A DNA stretch of 64,000 nt, from NCBI RefSeq assembly GCF_050320075.1, contig NZ_CP190018.1; one strand, 5' to 3'. Positions 37,129 to 50,905 of the stretch are shown here, piece after piece. The stretch is from Escherichia coli. GTDB taxonomy: Bacteria; Pseudomonadota; Gammaproteobacteria; Enterobacterales; Enterobacteriaceae. The notes beneath the pieces are model-generated. The model was not told the origin of the DNA. It made no database searches and saw only the letters and a program-made list of their open reading frames with translations. Position 1 is the first letter of the stretch; each line of letters begins with the position of its first letter. Both the position numbers and the translations under genes were made by a program.

Positions 37129-37875
37129 ATGTTAAGTATTAAAGATTTACACGTCAGCGTGGAAGATAAAGCTATCCTGCGTGGATTAAGCCTCGACGTT
37201 CGTCCCGGCGAAGTTCACGCCATTATGGGGCCAAACGGTTCTGGCAAAAGTACCTTATCGGCAACGCTTGCCGGGCGAGAAGATTATGAGGTGACGGGCG
37301 GCACGGTTGAGTTCAAAGGCAAAGATTTGCTTGCGCTGTCGCCGGAAGATCGTGCAGGTGAAGGCATCTTTATGGCCTTCCAGTATCCGGTGGAAATTCC
37401 CGGCGTCAGTAACCAGTTTTTCCTGCAAACGGCACTTAATGCGGTGCGCAGCTATCGCGGCCAGGAAACGCTCGACCGCTTTGATTTTCAGGATTTGATG
37501 GAAGAGAAAATCGCTCTCCTGAAGATGCCGGAAGATTTATTAACCCGTTCGGTAAACGTTGGTTTTTCCGGCGGCGAGAAAAAGCGCAACGATATTTTTC
37601 AAATGGCGGTGCTGGAACCGGAGTTATGCATTCTTGATGAGTCGGACTCCGGGCTGGATATTGACGCATTAAAAGTGGTTGCCGATGGCGTGAACTCGCT
37701 GCGTGACGGCAAGCGCTCATTCATCATTGTTACGCACTACCAACGCATTCTCGACTACATCAAGCCTGATTACGTCCATGTGCTGTATCAGGGACGAATT
37801 GTGAAATCCGGAGATTTCACGTTGGTCAAACAACTGGAGGAGCAGGGTTATGGCTGGCTTACCGAACAGCAGTAA
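37129..37875 (+). CDS. sufC: Fe-S cluster assembly ATPase
   Basis: 248-aa ABC-type ATPase with Walker A GPNGSGKST. Confidence 0.95.
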   Translation: MLSIKDLHVSVEDKAILRGLSLDVRPGEVHAIMGPNGSGKSTLSATLAGREDYEVTGGTVEFKGKDLLALSPEDRAGEGIFMAFQYPVEIPGVSNQFFLQTALNAVRSYRGQETLDRFDFQDLMEEKIALLKMPEDLLTRSVNVGFSGGEKKRNDIFQMAVLEPELCILDESDSGLDIDALKVVADGVNSLRDGKRSFIIVTHYQRILDYIKPDYVHVLYQGRIVKSGDFTLVKQLEEQGYGWLTEQQ

Positions 37876-39121
37876 CGCGCTGCAACAGTGGCATCACTTG
37901 TTTGAAGCTGAAGGGACAAAACGCTCACCGCAAGCACAGCAGCATTTACAACAATTGCTGCGTACCGGACTGCCGACACGGAAACATGAAAACTGGAAAT
38001 ATACGCCGCTGGAAGGGCTGACCAATAGCCAGTTTGTCAGCATTGCGGGAGAGATATCCCCACAGCAGCGTGATGCCTTAGCGTTAACGTTAGACGCCGT
38101 GCGGCTGGTGTTTGTTGATGGACGTTACGTGCCCGCGCTGAGCGATGCAACTGAAGGCAGCGGATATGAAGTGAGCATTAACGACGACCGTCAGGGGTTA
38201 CCCGACGCTATTCAGGCGGAAGTGTTTCTGCATTTGACGGAAAGCCTGGCACAAAGCGTGACGCATATCGCCGTGAAGCGCGGTCAACGACCGGCAAAGC
38301 CATTGCTGTTAATGCATATAACCCAGGGCGTGGCAGGTGAAGAGGTGAACACTGCCCATTACCGACATCATCTGGATCTGGCGGAAGGTGCCGAAGCAAC
38401 GGTGATCGAACATTTTGTCAGCCTTAATGATGCTCGTCATTTTACTGGGGCACGGTTCACTATCAATGTCGCAGCGAACGCCCACTTGCAGCATATCAAG
38501 CTGGCGTTTGAAAACCCGCTCAGTCACCACTTTGCCCATAACGATTTGTTGCTGGCAGACGATGCCACCGCATTTAGCCACAGTTACCTGCTGGGTGGCG
38601 CAGTGTTACGACACAACACCAGTTCGCAACTCAATGGCGAAAACAGCACGCTGCGGATCAATAGCCTGGCGATGCCGGTGAAAAACGAGGTGTGTGATAC
38701 CCGTACCTGGCTGGAACACAATAAAGGTTTTTGTAACAGCCGACAGTTGCACAAAACTATCGTCAGCGACAAAGGCCGCGCGGTATTTAACGGTTTGATC
38801 AACGTCGCGCAGCACGCCATCAAAACGGATGGTCAGATGACCAACAATAATCTGCTGATGGGCAAACTGGCGGAAGTGGATACGAAACCACAGCTGGAAA
38901 TCTATGCAGATGATGTGAAATGCAGCCACGGCGCGACGGTGGGGCGTATTGATGACGAACAGATGTTTTATCTGCGCTCGCGCGGGATCAATCAGCAAGA
39001 TGCCCAGCAGATGATCATCTACGCCTTTGCTGCTGAACTGACGGAAGCACTGCGTGATGAGGGGCTTAAACAGCAGGTGCTGGCCCGAATCGGTCAACGA
39101 CTGCCAGGAGGTGCAAGATGA
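37850..39121 (+). CDS. sufD: Fe-S cluster assembly protein SufD
   Basis: 423-aa ORF; 26-nt overlap with sufC. Confidence 0.93.
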   Translation: MAGLPNSSNALQQWHHLFEAEGTKRSPQAQQHLQQLLRTGLPTRKHENWKYTPLEGLTNSQFVSIAGEISPQQRDALALTLDAVRLVFVDGRYVPALSDATEGSGYEVSINDDRQGLPDAIQAEVFLHLTESLAQSVTHIAVKRGQRPAKPLLLMHITQGVAGEEVNTAHYRHHLDLAEGAEATVIEHFVSLNDARHFTGARFTINVAANAHLQHIKLAFENPLSHHFAHNDLLLADDATAFSHSYLLGGAVLRHNTSSQLNGENSTLRINSLAMPVKNEVCDTRTWLEHNKGFCNSRQLHKTIVSDKGRAVFNGLINVAQHAIKTDGQMTNNNLLMGKLAEVDTKPQLEIYADDVKCSHGATVGRIDDEQMFYLRSRGINQQDAQQMIIYAFAAELTEALRDEGLKQQVLARIGQRLPGGAR

Positions 39122-40338
39122 CTTTTTCCGTCGACAAAGTGCGGGCCGACTTTCCGGTGCTTTCGCGTGAGGTAAACGGTTTGCCGCTGGCTTATCTCGA
39201 CAGCGCCGCCAGTGCACAGAAACCGAGCCAGGTGATTGACGCCGAGGCCGAGTTTTATCGTCATGGCTACGCGGCGGTGCATCGCGGTATTCATACCTTA
39301 AGCGCCCAGGCGACCGAGAAAATGGAGAACGTGCGCAAGCGGGCATCGCTGTTTATTAATGCCCGTTCGGCGGAAGAGCTGGTGTTCGTCCGCGGCACGA
39401 CGGAAGGGATCAATCTGGTCGCCAATAGCTGGGGTAACAGCAATGTGCGGGCGGGCGATAACATCATCATCAGTCAGATGGAGCACCACGCTAACATTGT
39501 TCCCTGGCAGATGCTTTGCGCACGCGTTGGCGCAGAGCTGCGTGTGATCCCGCTCAATCCCGACGGTACGTTGCAACTGGAGACGCTACCTACGCTGTTT
39601 GATGAGAAAACTCGCCTGCTGGCAATTACTCATGTCTCCAACGTGCTGGGAACGGAAAATCCGCTGGCGGAAATGATCACGCTTGCGCATCAGCATGGCA
39701 CAAAAGTACTGGTGGATGGCGCTCAGGCGGTGATGCATCATCCGGTGGACGTTCAGGCGCTGGATTGCGATTTTTACGTGTTCTCCGGGCATAAACTGTA
39801 TGGCCCCACTGGGATTGGCATTCTTTATGTCAAAGAAGCCTTGTTGCAGGAGATGCCGCCGTGGGAAGGGGGCGGTTCTATGATCGCCACCGTCAGCCTG
39901 AGTGAAGGCACTACCTGGACCAAAGCACCTTGGCGGTTTGAAGCCGGTACACCCAATACCGGGGGCATCATTGGTCTTGGCGCGGCGCTGGAGTATGTGT
40001 CGGCGCTGGGGCTTAATAATATAGCCGAGTATGAACAGAATCTGATGCACTACGCGCTATCACAGCTGGAATCTGTACCGGATCTCACTCTCTATGGTCC
40101 CCAGAACAGACTTGGCGTTATTGCTTTTAATCTTGGTAAACACCACGCCTATGATGTTGGCAGTTTTCTCGATAATTACGGCATTGCTGTGCGTACCGGA
40201 CATCACTGCGCTATGCCATTAATGGCCTATTACAACGTTCCTGCCATGTGTCGGGCGTCGCTGGCTATGTATAACACCCATGAAGAAGTGGATCGTCTGG
40301 TGACCGGCCTGCAACGTATTCACCGTCTGCTGGGATAA
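39118..40338 (+). CDS. sufS: cysteine desulfurase (group II)
   Basis: 406-aa PLP-dependent aminotransferase class V ORF; ATGA overlap with sufD. Confidence 0.95.
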   Translation: MTFSVDKVRADFPVLSREVNGLPLAYLDSAASAQKPSQVIDAEAEFYRHGYAAVHRGIHTLSAQATEKMENVRKRASLFINARSAEELVFVRGTTEGINLVANSWGNSNVRAGDNIIISQMEHHANIVPWQMLCARVGAELRVIPLNPDGTLQLETLPTLFDEKTRLLAITHVSNVLGTENPLAEMITLAHQHGTKVLVDGAQAVMHHPVDVQALDCDFYVFSGHKLYGPTGIGILYVKEALLQEMPPWEGGGSMIATVSLSEGTTWTKAPWRFEAGTPNTGGIIGLGAALEYVSALGLNNIAEYEQNLMHYALSQLESVPDLTLYGPQNRLGVIAFNLGKHHAYDVGSFLDNYGIAVRTGHHCAMPLMAYYNVPAMCRASLAMYNTHEEVDRLVTGLQRIHRLLG

Positions 40339-40350
40339 CAGGGAGGCACT

Positions 40351-40767
40351 ATGGCTTTATTGCCGGATAAAGAAAAATTGCTGCGTAATTTTTTACGCTG
40401 CGCCAACTGGGAAGAGAAATATCTCTACATTATTGAGCTGGGCCAGCGTCTGCCAGAATTACGCGACGAAGACAGAAGCTCACAAAATAGCATTCAGGGC
40501 TGCCAGAGTCAGGTGTGGATTGTCATGCGCCAGAATGCGCAGGGAATTATTGAATTGCAGGGCGACAGCGATGCGGCGATTGTGAAAGGGCTTATTGCGG
40601 TCGTCTTTATTCTCTACGATCAGATGACGCCGCAGGATATTGTCAATTTCGATGTGCGTCCGTGGTTTGAAAAAATGGCGCTCACTCAACATCTCACCCC
40701 ATCTCGTTCACAAGGTCTGGAAGCGATGATTCGCGCAATTCGCGCCAAAGCCGCTGCACTTAGCTAA
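40351..40767 (+). CDS. sufE: cysteine desulfuration sulfur acceptor
   Basis: 138-aa ORF. Confidence 0.95.
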   Translation: MALLPDKEKLLRNFLRCANWEEKYLYIIELGQRLPELRDEDRSSQNSIQGCQSQVWIVMRQNAQGIIELQGDSDAAIVKGLIAVVFILYDQMTPQDIVNFDVRPWFEKMALTQHLTPSRSQGLEAMIRAIRAKAAALS

Positions 40768-40915
40768 ACTAAAGGAACAGCTTTCATCCGGTTGGCTCAC
40801 ATTGCCGGATGGTCAATGTTTACACTGACCTGCACAGGAGTGTTTTGGTTTCAGGTGAACATAAGCGCCATCCGACGTTTCAGCGTGAGTCTCCGGCAAA
40901 TACAGGAGGTTTACA

Positions 40916-41920
40916 ATGAAACGCGCGTCTTTGCTTACACTCACGCTTATCGGCGCTTTTAGCGCCATCCAGGCTGCCTGGGCGGTTGATTATCCGCTAC
41001 CTCCAACCGGAAGCCGACTGGTTGGGCAAAATCAAACGTATACGGTGCAAGAAGGGGATAAAAACCTTCAGGCCATCGCCCGACGTTTTGATACTGCGGC
41101 AATGTTGATCCTTGAAGCCAATAACACTATCGCCCCGGTGCCAAAACCTGGTACGACGATAACTATTCCTTCGCAACTGTTATTACCTGATGCGCCGCGT
41201 CAGGGGATTATCGTTAACCTGGCAGAGCTGCGCCTTTATTATTATCCGCCGGGAGAAAATATCGTGCAGGTCTATCCGATAGGTATTGGTTTGCAGGGGC
41301 TGGAAACGCCAGTGATGGAAACGCGTGTGGGGCAGAAAATCCCTAACCCAACCTGGACGCCTACGGCGGGCATTCGTCAGCGTTCGCTGGAGCGTGGCAT
41401 TAAATTACCGCCAGTCGTTCCTGCCGGGCCAAATAACCCGCTAGGACGTTACGCACTGCGCCTCGCGCATGGTAATGGCGAATACCTCATTCATGGCACC
41501 AGTGCGCCGGACAGCGTCGGTTTGCGCGTCAGTTCGGGCTGTATTCGCATGAATGCGCCGGATATTAAAGCCTTATTCTCCAGCGTGCGGACGGGAACGC
41601 CGGTGAAAGTGATCAACGAACCGGTGAAATATTCCGTGGAACCGAACGGGATGCGTTATGTTGAAGTACATCGACCACTATCAGCAGAAGAACAGCAGAA
41701 CGTTCAGACAATGCCATACACACTGCCAGCAGGCTTTACGCAATTTAAAGACAATAAGGGTGTAGATCAGAAATTAGTCGATAAAGCGTTGTATCGTCGG
41801 GCAGGGTATCCGGTTGCGGTGAGCAGTGGAGCAACTCCCGCAGCCAGCAATGCGCCTTCAGTAGAGTCAGCGCAGAATGGTGAACCAGAGCAAGGGAATA
41901 TGTTACGCGCGACGCAGTAG
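40916..41920 (+). CDS. ldtE: L,D-transpeptidase with LysM domain
   Basis: 334-aa ORF with signal peptide, LysM and YkuD catalytic motif ([20 protein letters not shown]). Confidence 0.9.
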   Translation: MKRASLLTLTLIGAFSAIQAAWAVDYPLPPTGSRLVGQNQTYTVQEGDKNLQAIARRFDTAAMLILEANNTIAPVPKPGTTITIPSQLLLPDAPRQGIIVNLAELRLYYYPPGENIVQVYPIGIGLQGLETPVMETRVGQKIPNPTWTPTAGIRQRSLERGIKLPPVVPAGPNNPLGRYALRLAHGNGEYLIHGTSAPDSVGLRVSSGCIRMNAPDIKALFSSVRTGTPVKVINEPVKYSVEPNGMRYVEVHRPLSAEEQQNVQTMPYTLPAGFTQFKDNKGVDQKLVDKALYRRAGYPVAVSSGATPAASNAPSVESAQNGEPEQGNMLRATQ

Positions 41921-41934
41921 CGGTAAATGGCAGG

Positions 41935-41967
41935 CAAAAAAATGGCGCACAATGTGCGCCATTTTTC
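41935..41967. terminator. bidirectional intrinsic terminator shared by ldtE and lpp
   Basis: A-run, TGGCGCACA-A-TGTGCGCCA perfect hairpin, T-run. Confidence 0.8.
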
Positions 41968-41982
41968 ACTTCACAGGTACTA

Positions 41983-42231
<249 letters not shown>

Positions 42232-42469
42232 CTAGATTGAGTTAATCTCCATGTAGCGTTACAAGTATTACACAAACTTTTTTATGTTGAGAATATTTTT
42301 TTGATGGGAAGGCACTTATTTTTGATCGTTCGCTCAAAGAAGCATCGAACGCTGGGTTTTAGATAAAAAAATTGAGAGAAAACAGGATGCTTCCATCGGA
42401 TTCATCTTAGATAAAGTGAGATTATATAGTGAAATCCGATTTGATTTTTTATTGCTTCTGGTTATCGAT

Positions 42470-42498
42470 TAAATAAAAAAAGCGCCCATCAGGGCGCT
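42470..42498 (-). terminator. pykF intrinsic terminator
   Basis: minus-strand AGCGCCC-UGAU-GGGCGCU hairpin followed by U-run, 30 nt after pykF stop. Confidence 0.7.
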
Positions 42499-42529
42499 TC
42501 GATATACAAATTAATTCACAAAAGCAATA

Positions 42530-43942
42530 TTACAGGACGTGAACAGATGCGGTGTTAGTAGTGCCGCTCGGTACCAGTGCACCAGAAACCATAACTACGA
42601 CGTCACCTTTGTGTGCCAGACCGCTCTGCAGAGCCAGTTCTTTACCCAGACGGTAGAAATCATCAGTAGAAGTGATCTCTTTAACCAGCTGCGGCACAAC
42701 GCCTTTGCTCAGTACCAACTGATGAGCCGTTTTTTCGTTGGTGGTCAGTGCCAGGATGGTGGCATCCGGGAAGTATTTACGTACTGCGCGAGCAGATTTA
42801 CCGCCCTGGGTAGCAACCACGATCAGCGGGGCATCCAGTTTTTCAGCAGTTTCAACGGCACCACGGCATACCGCTTCGGTAATGCGCAGTTTACGGTTGT
42901 CATTGTTGAACTCGAGACGGCTGTTCATCACGCGGTCGGTACGTTCGCAGATGGTCGCCATGATAGAAACCGCTTCCAGCGGGTATTTACCTTTTGCGGA
43001 TTCACCAGACAGCATCACTGCGTCAGTACCGTCGAGGATGGCGTTTGCAACGTCACCGGCTTCTGCGCGAGTCGGGCGTGGGTTTTTGATCATGGAATCC
43101 AGCATCTGGGTCGCAGTGATAACGACTTTACGTGCACGGATACATTTTTCGATCATCATCTTCTGGGCGAAGATAACTTCTTCTACCGGGATTTCTACAC
43201 CCAGGTCGCCACGCGCAACCATGATGCCGTCAGAGGCTTCGAGGATTTCGTCGAAGTTGTTGAGGCCTTCCTGGTTTTCGATTTTGGAGATGATGTGGAT
43301 GTTTTCGCCGCCGTGCGCTTTCAGGTGCTCACGGATTTCGATAACGTCAGAACGCTTACGAATAAAGGAAGCAGCGACAAAGTCTACGCCTTGTTCGCAA
43401 CCAAAGATCAGGTCCTGTTTGTCTTTTTCAGCCAGTGCTGGCAGGGCAATGGAAACGCCAGGCAGGTTCACACCTTTGTTTTCACCCAGGTCGCCGTTGT
43501 TCAGCACTTTACAGATAACTTTGTTACCTTCAATGGCAGTAACTTCCATACCGATCAGACCATCGTCAACCAGTACGGTGTTGCCAACAGACAGGTCAGT
43601 AGTGAAACCTTCATACGTTACCGCAACCATTTCGCTGTTGCCGATAACAGATTTATCAGTGGTGAAAGTAAAGGTCTGACCCGCTTTCAGAGAAACGTCG
43701 TTACCGCCTTCCAGTTTCATGGTGCGGATTTCCGGACCTTTGGTATCAAGCAGGATAGCGGCGGTTTTACCAGTTTTGCTCATCACGTTGCGCAGATTCT
43801 GAATGCGCTGACCGTGTTCTGCATAGTCACCATGAGAGAAGTTCAGACGCATAACGTTCATGCCAGCGTCCAGCATTTTAGCTAACATCTCTTCAGATTC
43901 GGTTTTCGGTCCGATGGTGCAAACAATTTTGGTCTTTTTCAT
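42530..43942 (-). CDS. pykF: pyruvate kinase I
   Basis: 470-aa product from ATG 43942 ([19 protein letters not shown]); track ORF has an in-frame 72-codon upstream extension. Confidence 0.95.
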
Positions 43943-44498
43943 GACAGTCTTAGTCTTTAAGTTGAGAAGGATGGGAGAAACTTGCTTTCTGGGCGCACTG
44001 CCGGAAAGCGAATCCGGTATTACGAAAGTGGTGGTGCCTCGCTCTAAGGATAGGTGACATCGAAAAAGCGTGCAGAGGAATGTGTGCTTGTGTCTCAGCC
44101 CAACGTGAGTGCCTGTTTTTGAGTCGTTGAGTTCTACAGTCCAAAGTGCTGAAACCATTCAAGAGTCAATTGGCGCGCATTATACGCTGAAATTAATCCA
44201 AAAGGAAAACAAAAACAGCGTTTCAAAAAATATACAACTTGTAAGACAATAAATTGTTATCAAAGATTTAACGTTCCAGGGAAAAGGTTACGCAAAAACT
44301 TCGCTGTTTGCGCAACGTCTGGTGCCGGGGTTGTCACTGTGAAGATAAGTGAAAGTTCATCCGGTGTATAAATACATCATCGCTCAATTGCTACAGTTAA
44401 AATAATTTATCGCGTTATTTGTCTGATTTTGTTTGATTTTTGTCTAATTGGTTAGATTGATATATGCTGATAGTTGGCATGATAAATAGGTATAAAGA

Positions 44499-44708
44499 AT
44501 GGGAAATCGGACAAAAGAGGATGAACTGTACCGAGAAATGTGCAGAGTTGTCGGTAAAGTTGTGCTGGAAATGCGCGATCTGGGGCAGGAACCAAAGCAT
44601 ATTGTTATCGCAGGCGTATTACGTACAGCATTAGCCAATAAACGCATTCAGCGCAGTGAGCTGGAAAAGCAGGCGATGGAAACCGTCATTAACGCACTGG
44701 TAAAATGA
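44499..44708 (+). CDS. ydhZ: small fumarase D-like protein
   Basis: 69-aa ORF matching YdhZ/FumD. Confidence 0.8.
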   Translation: MGNRTKEDELYREMCRVVGKVVLEMRDLGQEPKHIVIAGVLRTALANKRIQRSELEKQAMETVINALVK

Positions 44709-44948
44709 CCATTCAGGATGAGGCGATAAGCTTCATCCTGATATTCTTGCTTCAGTTGCGGTCCAGTTAATCATTCTAAATAACAACTGCTGAAATTATA
44801 CGAATTTCGGTATGTATTTTAATTTATAGCGATAATGTTATTTTTATTTTCTGCAATGAACGTCACAAATAATTGTCGCTTAAGTTAAATTTATTTCAAA
44901 TGATAATAAATATCAGTTCACTTATAATTTCTTGCTTTGTAATTTTAA

Positions 44949-44962
44949 TTGATAACGATCAA
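44949..44962. promoter_or_regulatory. FNR-type site (TTGAT-N4-ATCAA) upstream of ydhY
   Basis: perfect TTGATAACGATCAA in the AT-rich ydhZ-ydhY intergenic region; ydhY operon is reported FNR-activated. Confidence 0.55.
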
Positions 44963-45163
44963 TGTTAAGGGCTCAGAATAATCACATTATTTTTTCTCCT
45001 AATCATAAAGGATTAGTTTATCGGCGTTAAATCTTTTCTCATACACTATCGGGTTAGGGAAAATATCTGGTGTTGGGGACAGAGTCAGCAGCGTATTAGT
45101 TGAATGCTTAATATCAGACTGCTGAATTGTCAGCACTGTGTTTGCGAAGAGGATGCGAAATAA

Positions 45164-47913
<2,750 letters not shown>

Positions 47914-47916
47914 GGA

Positions 47917-48564
47917 ATGGGTGAGATGAACCATCAGGATGAATTGCCGTTAGCGAAAGTCAGCGAAGTTGATGAGGCGAAGCGGCAATGGTTGCAGGGG
48001 ATGCGTCACCCCGTTGATACGGTAACCGAACCAGAACCTGCTGAAATCCTGGCAGAGTTCATTCGTCAGCATTCTGCGGCTGGGCAGCTGGTGGCGCGCG
48101 CCGTGTTTCTTTCGCCACCCTATTCGGTTGCAGAAGAGGAACTGTCAGTTTTGCTGGAAAGCATTAAGCAGAACGGAGACCACGCGGATATCGCTTGTTT
48201 GACGGGAAGCCAGGATGATTACTATTACTCAACTCAGGCCATGAGTGAAAACTACGCGGCGATGTCTTTGCAAGTTGTGGAGCAGGACATTTGTCGCGCC
48301 ATTGCACACGCCGTTCGTTTTGAGTGCCAGACGTATCCTCGTCCTTACAAAGTCGCCATGCTGATGCAAGCGCCATATTACTTCCAGGAAGCGCAGATCG
48401 AATCCGCGATCGCCGCGATGGATATTGCACCTGAATATGCTGATATACGGCAGGTGGAGTCATCGACGGCGGTGTTGTACTTGTTTAGCGAGCGATTTAT
48501 GACCTATGGCAAGGCGTATGGCTTATGCGAATGGTTCGAGGTAGAGCAGTTTCAGAACCCCTGA
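47917..48564 (+). CDS. ydhW: uncharacterised protein YdhW
   Basis: 215-aa ORF within ydhYVWXUT. Confidence 0.85.
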   Translation: MGEMNHQDELPLAKVSEVDEAKRQWLQGMRHPVDTVTEPEPAEILAEFIRQHSAAGQLVARAVFLSPPYSVAEEELSVLLESIKQNGDHADIACLTGSQDDYYYSTQAMSENYAAMSLQVVEQDICRAIAHAVRFECQTYPRPYKVAMLMQAPYYFQEAQIESAIAAMDIAPEYADIRQVESSTAVLYLFSERFMTYGKAYGLCEWFEVEQFQNP

Positions 48565-48627
48565 AATTTCAGGGAGATGTCATGGATAGGGTGGACAGTT
48601 GCAGCCACTGCATTAGGGGATAATCAG

Positions 48628-49296
48628 ATGTCCTTCACTCGACGCAAATTTGTTCTGGGGATGGGAACAGTAATCTTTTTTACTGGTTCTGCGTCTTCTC
48701 TGTTAGCGAACACGAGGCAAGAAAAGAAAGTTCGGTATGCCATGATTCATGACGAGTCACGGTGCAATGGCTGTAATATTTGCGCCCGCGCATGCCGTAA
48801 AACTAACCACGTCCCCGCTCAGGGAAGCCGTTTATCGATAGCACACATTCCAGTCACCGATAACGACAACGAAACGCAGTATCACTATTTTCGCCAGTCA
48901 TGCCAGCACTGTGAAGATGCTCCTTGCATCGACGTATGCCCGACAGGGGCGTCGTGGCGTGATGAGCAGGGGATCGTGCGGGTAGAAAAATCGCAGTGCA
49001 TCGGCTGCAGTTATTGCATTGGCGCTTGTCCTTACCAGGTTCGCTACCTTAACCCTGTCACTAAAGTGGCAGATAAATGTGATTTCTGCGCTGAGTCCCG
49101 ACTGGCAAAAGGCTTTCCGCCCATTTGCGTCAGCGCCTGTCCGGAACACGCATTGATCTTTGGTCGCGAAGATAGCCCAGAAATTCAGGCGTGGTTGCAG
49201 GAAAATAAATACTATCAATATCAGCTACCTGGTGCCGGGAAACCGCACCTGTATCGCCGGTTCGGTCAACATTTGATTAAAAAGGAAAATGTATGA
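48628..49296 (+). CDS. ydhX: Tat-signal 4Fe-4S ferredoxin-like protein
   Basis: start at ATG 48628 (MSFTRRKFVLG twin-arginine motif, 222 aa); four Cys clusters. Confidence 0.85.
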   Translation: MSFTRRKFVLGMGTVIFFTGSASSLLANTRQEKKVRYAMIHDESRCNGCNICARACRKTNHVPAQGSRLSIAHIPVTDNDNETQYHYFRQSCQHCEDAPCIDVCPTGASWRDEQGIVRVEKSQCIGCSYCIGACPYQVRYLNPVTKVADKCDFCAESRLAKGFPPICVSACPEHALIFGREDSPEIQAWLQENKYYQYQLPGAGKPHLYRRFGQHLIKKENV

Positions 49297-50078
49297 ACCC
49301 GTCGCAACATGCTGAACAGTTTCAGAGCCAGTTGGCGAACTATGTGCCACAGTTCACTCCCCAATTTTGGCCGGTGTGGTTGATCATTGCCGGACTATTG
49401 CTGGTAGGGATGTGGTTTGTGCTGGGGCTGCATGCCTTGCTTCGTGCTCGTGGCGTGAAGAAATCAGCCACCGACCATGGTGAGAAGGTTTATCTTTACA
49501 GCAAAGCGGTCAGATTATGGCACTGGTCGAATGCGTTACTCTTTGTATTGTTGCTGGCAAGTGGGCTGATAAATCACTTTGCGCTGGTGGGCGCAACTGC
49601 GGTTAAAAGTCTGGTTGCGGTGCATGAAGTTTGCGGATTTTTGTTACTGGCATGTTGGCTCGGCTTTGTTCTGATCAATGCCGTTGGGGGTAATGGTCAC
49701 CATTATCGCATTCGTCGTCAGGGGTGGCTGGAGCGAGCGGCAAAACAAACGCGATTCTATTTGTTTGGCATTATGCAGGGGGAAGAACATCCTTTCCCGG
49801 CAACAACACAGTCTAAATTTAATCCCTTACAGCAGGTTGCCTATATTGGTGTCATGTATGGATTGCTGCCGTTGTTACTATTGACGGGGCTGCTGTGTCT
49901 CTATCCGCAAGCCGTGGGAGATGTGTTTCCTGGCGTAAGATACTGGTTATTGCAGGCGCATTTTGCTCTGGCATTTATAAGCCTCTTTTTTATCTTCGGT
50001 CATCTTTATCTTTGCACCACGGGGCGTACGCCACACGAAACCTTTAAAAGCATGGTCGATGGCTATCACCGGCACTAA
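49293..50078 (+). CDS. ydhU: membrane cytochrome b-like subunit (PhsC/NrfD-like)
   Basis: 261-aa polytopic membrane ORF, ATGA overlap with ydhX. Confidence 0.85.
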   Translation: MNPSQHAEQFQSQLANYVPQFTPQFWPVWLIIAGLLLVGMWFVLGLHALLRARGVKKSATDHGEKVYLYSKAVRLWHWSNALLFVLLLASGLINHFALVGATAVKSLVAVHEVCGFLLLACWLGFVLINAVGGNGHHYRIRRQGWLERAAKQTRFYLFGIMQGEEHPFPATTQSKFNPLQQVAYIGVMYGLLPLLLLTGLLCLYPQAVGDVFPGVRYWLLQAHFALAFISLFFIFGHLYLCTTGRTPHETFKSMVDGYHRH

Positions 50079-50081
50079 CGA

Positions 50082-50894
50082 ATGATCATTACACGAGCAG
50101 ACCTGCGAGAATGGCGTATCGGAGCGGTGATGTATCGCTGGTTCCTGCGCCATTTCCCACGCGGCGGTAGTTATGCCGATATTCATCATGCACTGATTGA
50201 GGAAGGATATACGGACTGGGCGGAGAGTCTGGTTGAGTATGCGTGGAAAAAATGGCTGGCGGATGAAAACTTCGCGCATCAGGAAGTTTCCTCTATGCAA
50301 AAATTGGCCACAGATCCCGGAGAGAGACCATTTTGCAGTCAGTTTGCCCGCAGCGACGATCATGCTCGCATCGGCTGTTGTGAGGATAATGCCAGAATCG
50401 CAACCGCTGGGTATGCCGCGCAAATTGCCAGTATGGGTTATAGCGTGCGGATTGGAAGTGTCGGCTTTAACAGTCACATTGGCAGCTCCGGTGAACGCGC
50501 ACGGGTTGCTGTAACCGGTAATTCTTCGCGGATAAGCAGCGCTGGAGATAGTAGTCGGATTGCGAATACCGGAATGCGAGTACGCGTTTGTACATTGGGT
50601 GAACGGTGTCATGTCGCCAGTAATGGTGACCTGGTGCAAATCGCCAGCTTTGGCGCAAACGCCAGAATTGCCAACAGCGGCGACAATGTACACATCATTG
50701 CCAGCGGTGAAGATTCAACAATAGTGAGCACGGGCGTGGTCGACTCAATTATTCTCGGGCCAGGGGGAAGCGCCGCACTGGCATATCATGACGGCGAAAG
50801 AGTTCGCTTCGCCGTCGCCATTGAAGGTGAAAACAATATTCGAGCCGGAGTCCGCTATCGTCTTAATGAACAGCATCAGTTTGTTGAGTGCTGA
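50082..50894 (+). CDS. ydhT: uncharacterised protein YdhT with about 15 tandem 9-residue repeats
   Basis: 270-aa ORF; residues about 93-228 form repeats of pattern x-x-R-I-A-x-x-G-x. Confidence 0.85.
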   Translation: MIITRADLREWRIGAVMYRWFLRHFPRGGSYADIHHALIEEGYTDWAESLVEYAWKKWLADENFAHQEVSSMQKLATDPGERPFCSQFARSDDHARIGCCEDNARIATAGYAAQIASMGYSVRIGSVGFNSHIGSSGERARVAVTGNSSRISSAGDSSRIANTGMRVRVCTLGERCHVASNGDLVQIASFGANARIANSGDNVHIIASGEDSTIVSTGVVDSIILGPGGSAALAYHDGERVRFAVAIEGENNIRAGVRYRLNEQHQFVEC

Positions 50895-50905
50895 TAGCTT
50901 TACCT

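Noticed and set aside
38606-39346. 246-aa minus-strand ORF spanning the sufD-sufS junction
   Set aside because: Antisense to two well-supported suf genes; Arg/Pro-rich composition typical of GC-rich antisense frames.
40780-40812. CATCCGG...CCGGATG hairpin after sufE, considered as a REP element
   Set aside because: Only the GCCGGATG fragment resembles REP; the rest of the REP consensus is absent, so it is more likely a simple stem-loop or terminator.
42539-43885. 448-aa ORF on the plus strand antisense to pykF, plus a nested 313-aa ORF at 42738-43679
   Set aside because: Lies entirely within and opposite the highly conserved pykF gene, with a low-complexity Phe/Val/Arg-rich translation and no upstream SD; typical shadow ORF of a GC-biased gene.
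43943-44158. In-frame 72-codon N-terminal extension of pykF (ORF track start at 44158)
   Set aside because: Known PykF begins at [13 protein letters not shown] (470 aa); the extension most likely reflects the untranslated leader happening to lack a stop codon.
49947-50693. 248-aa minus-strand ORF antisense to ydhT
   Set aside because: The 27-bp periodic repeat in ydhT keeps the opposite frame open; no evidence of an independent gene.
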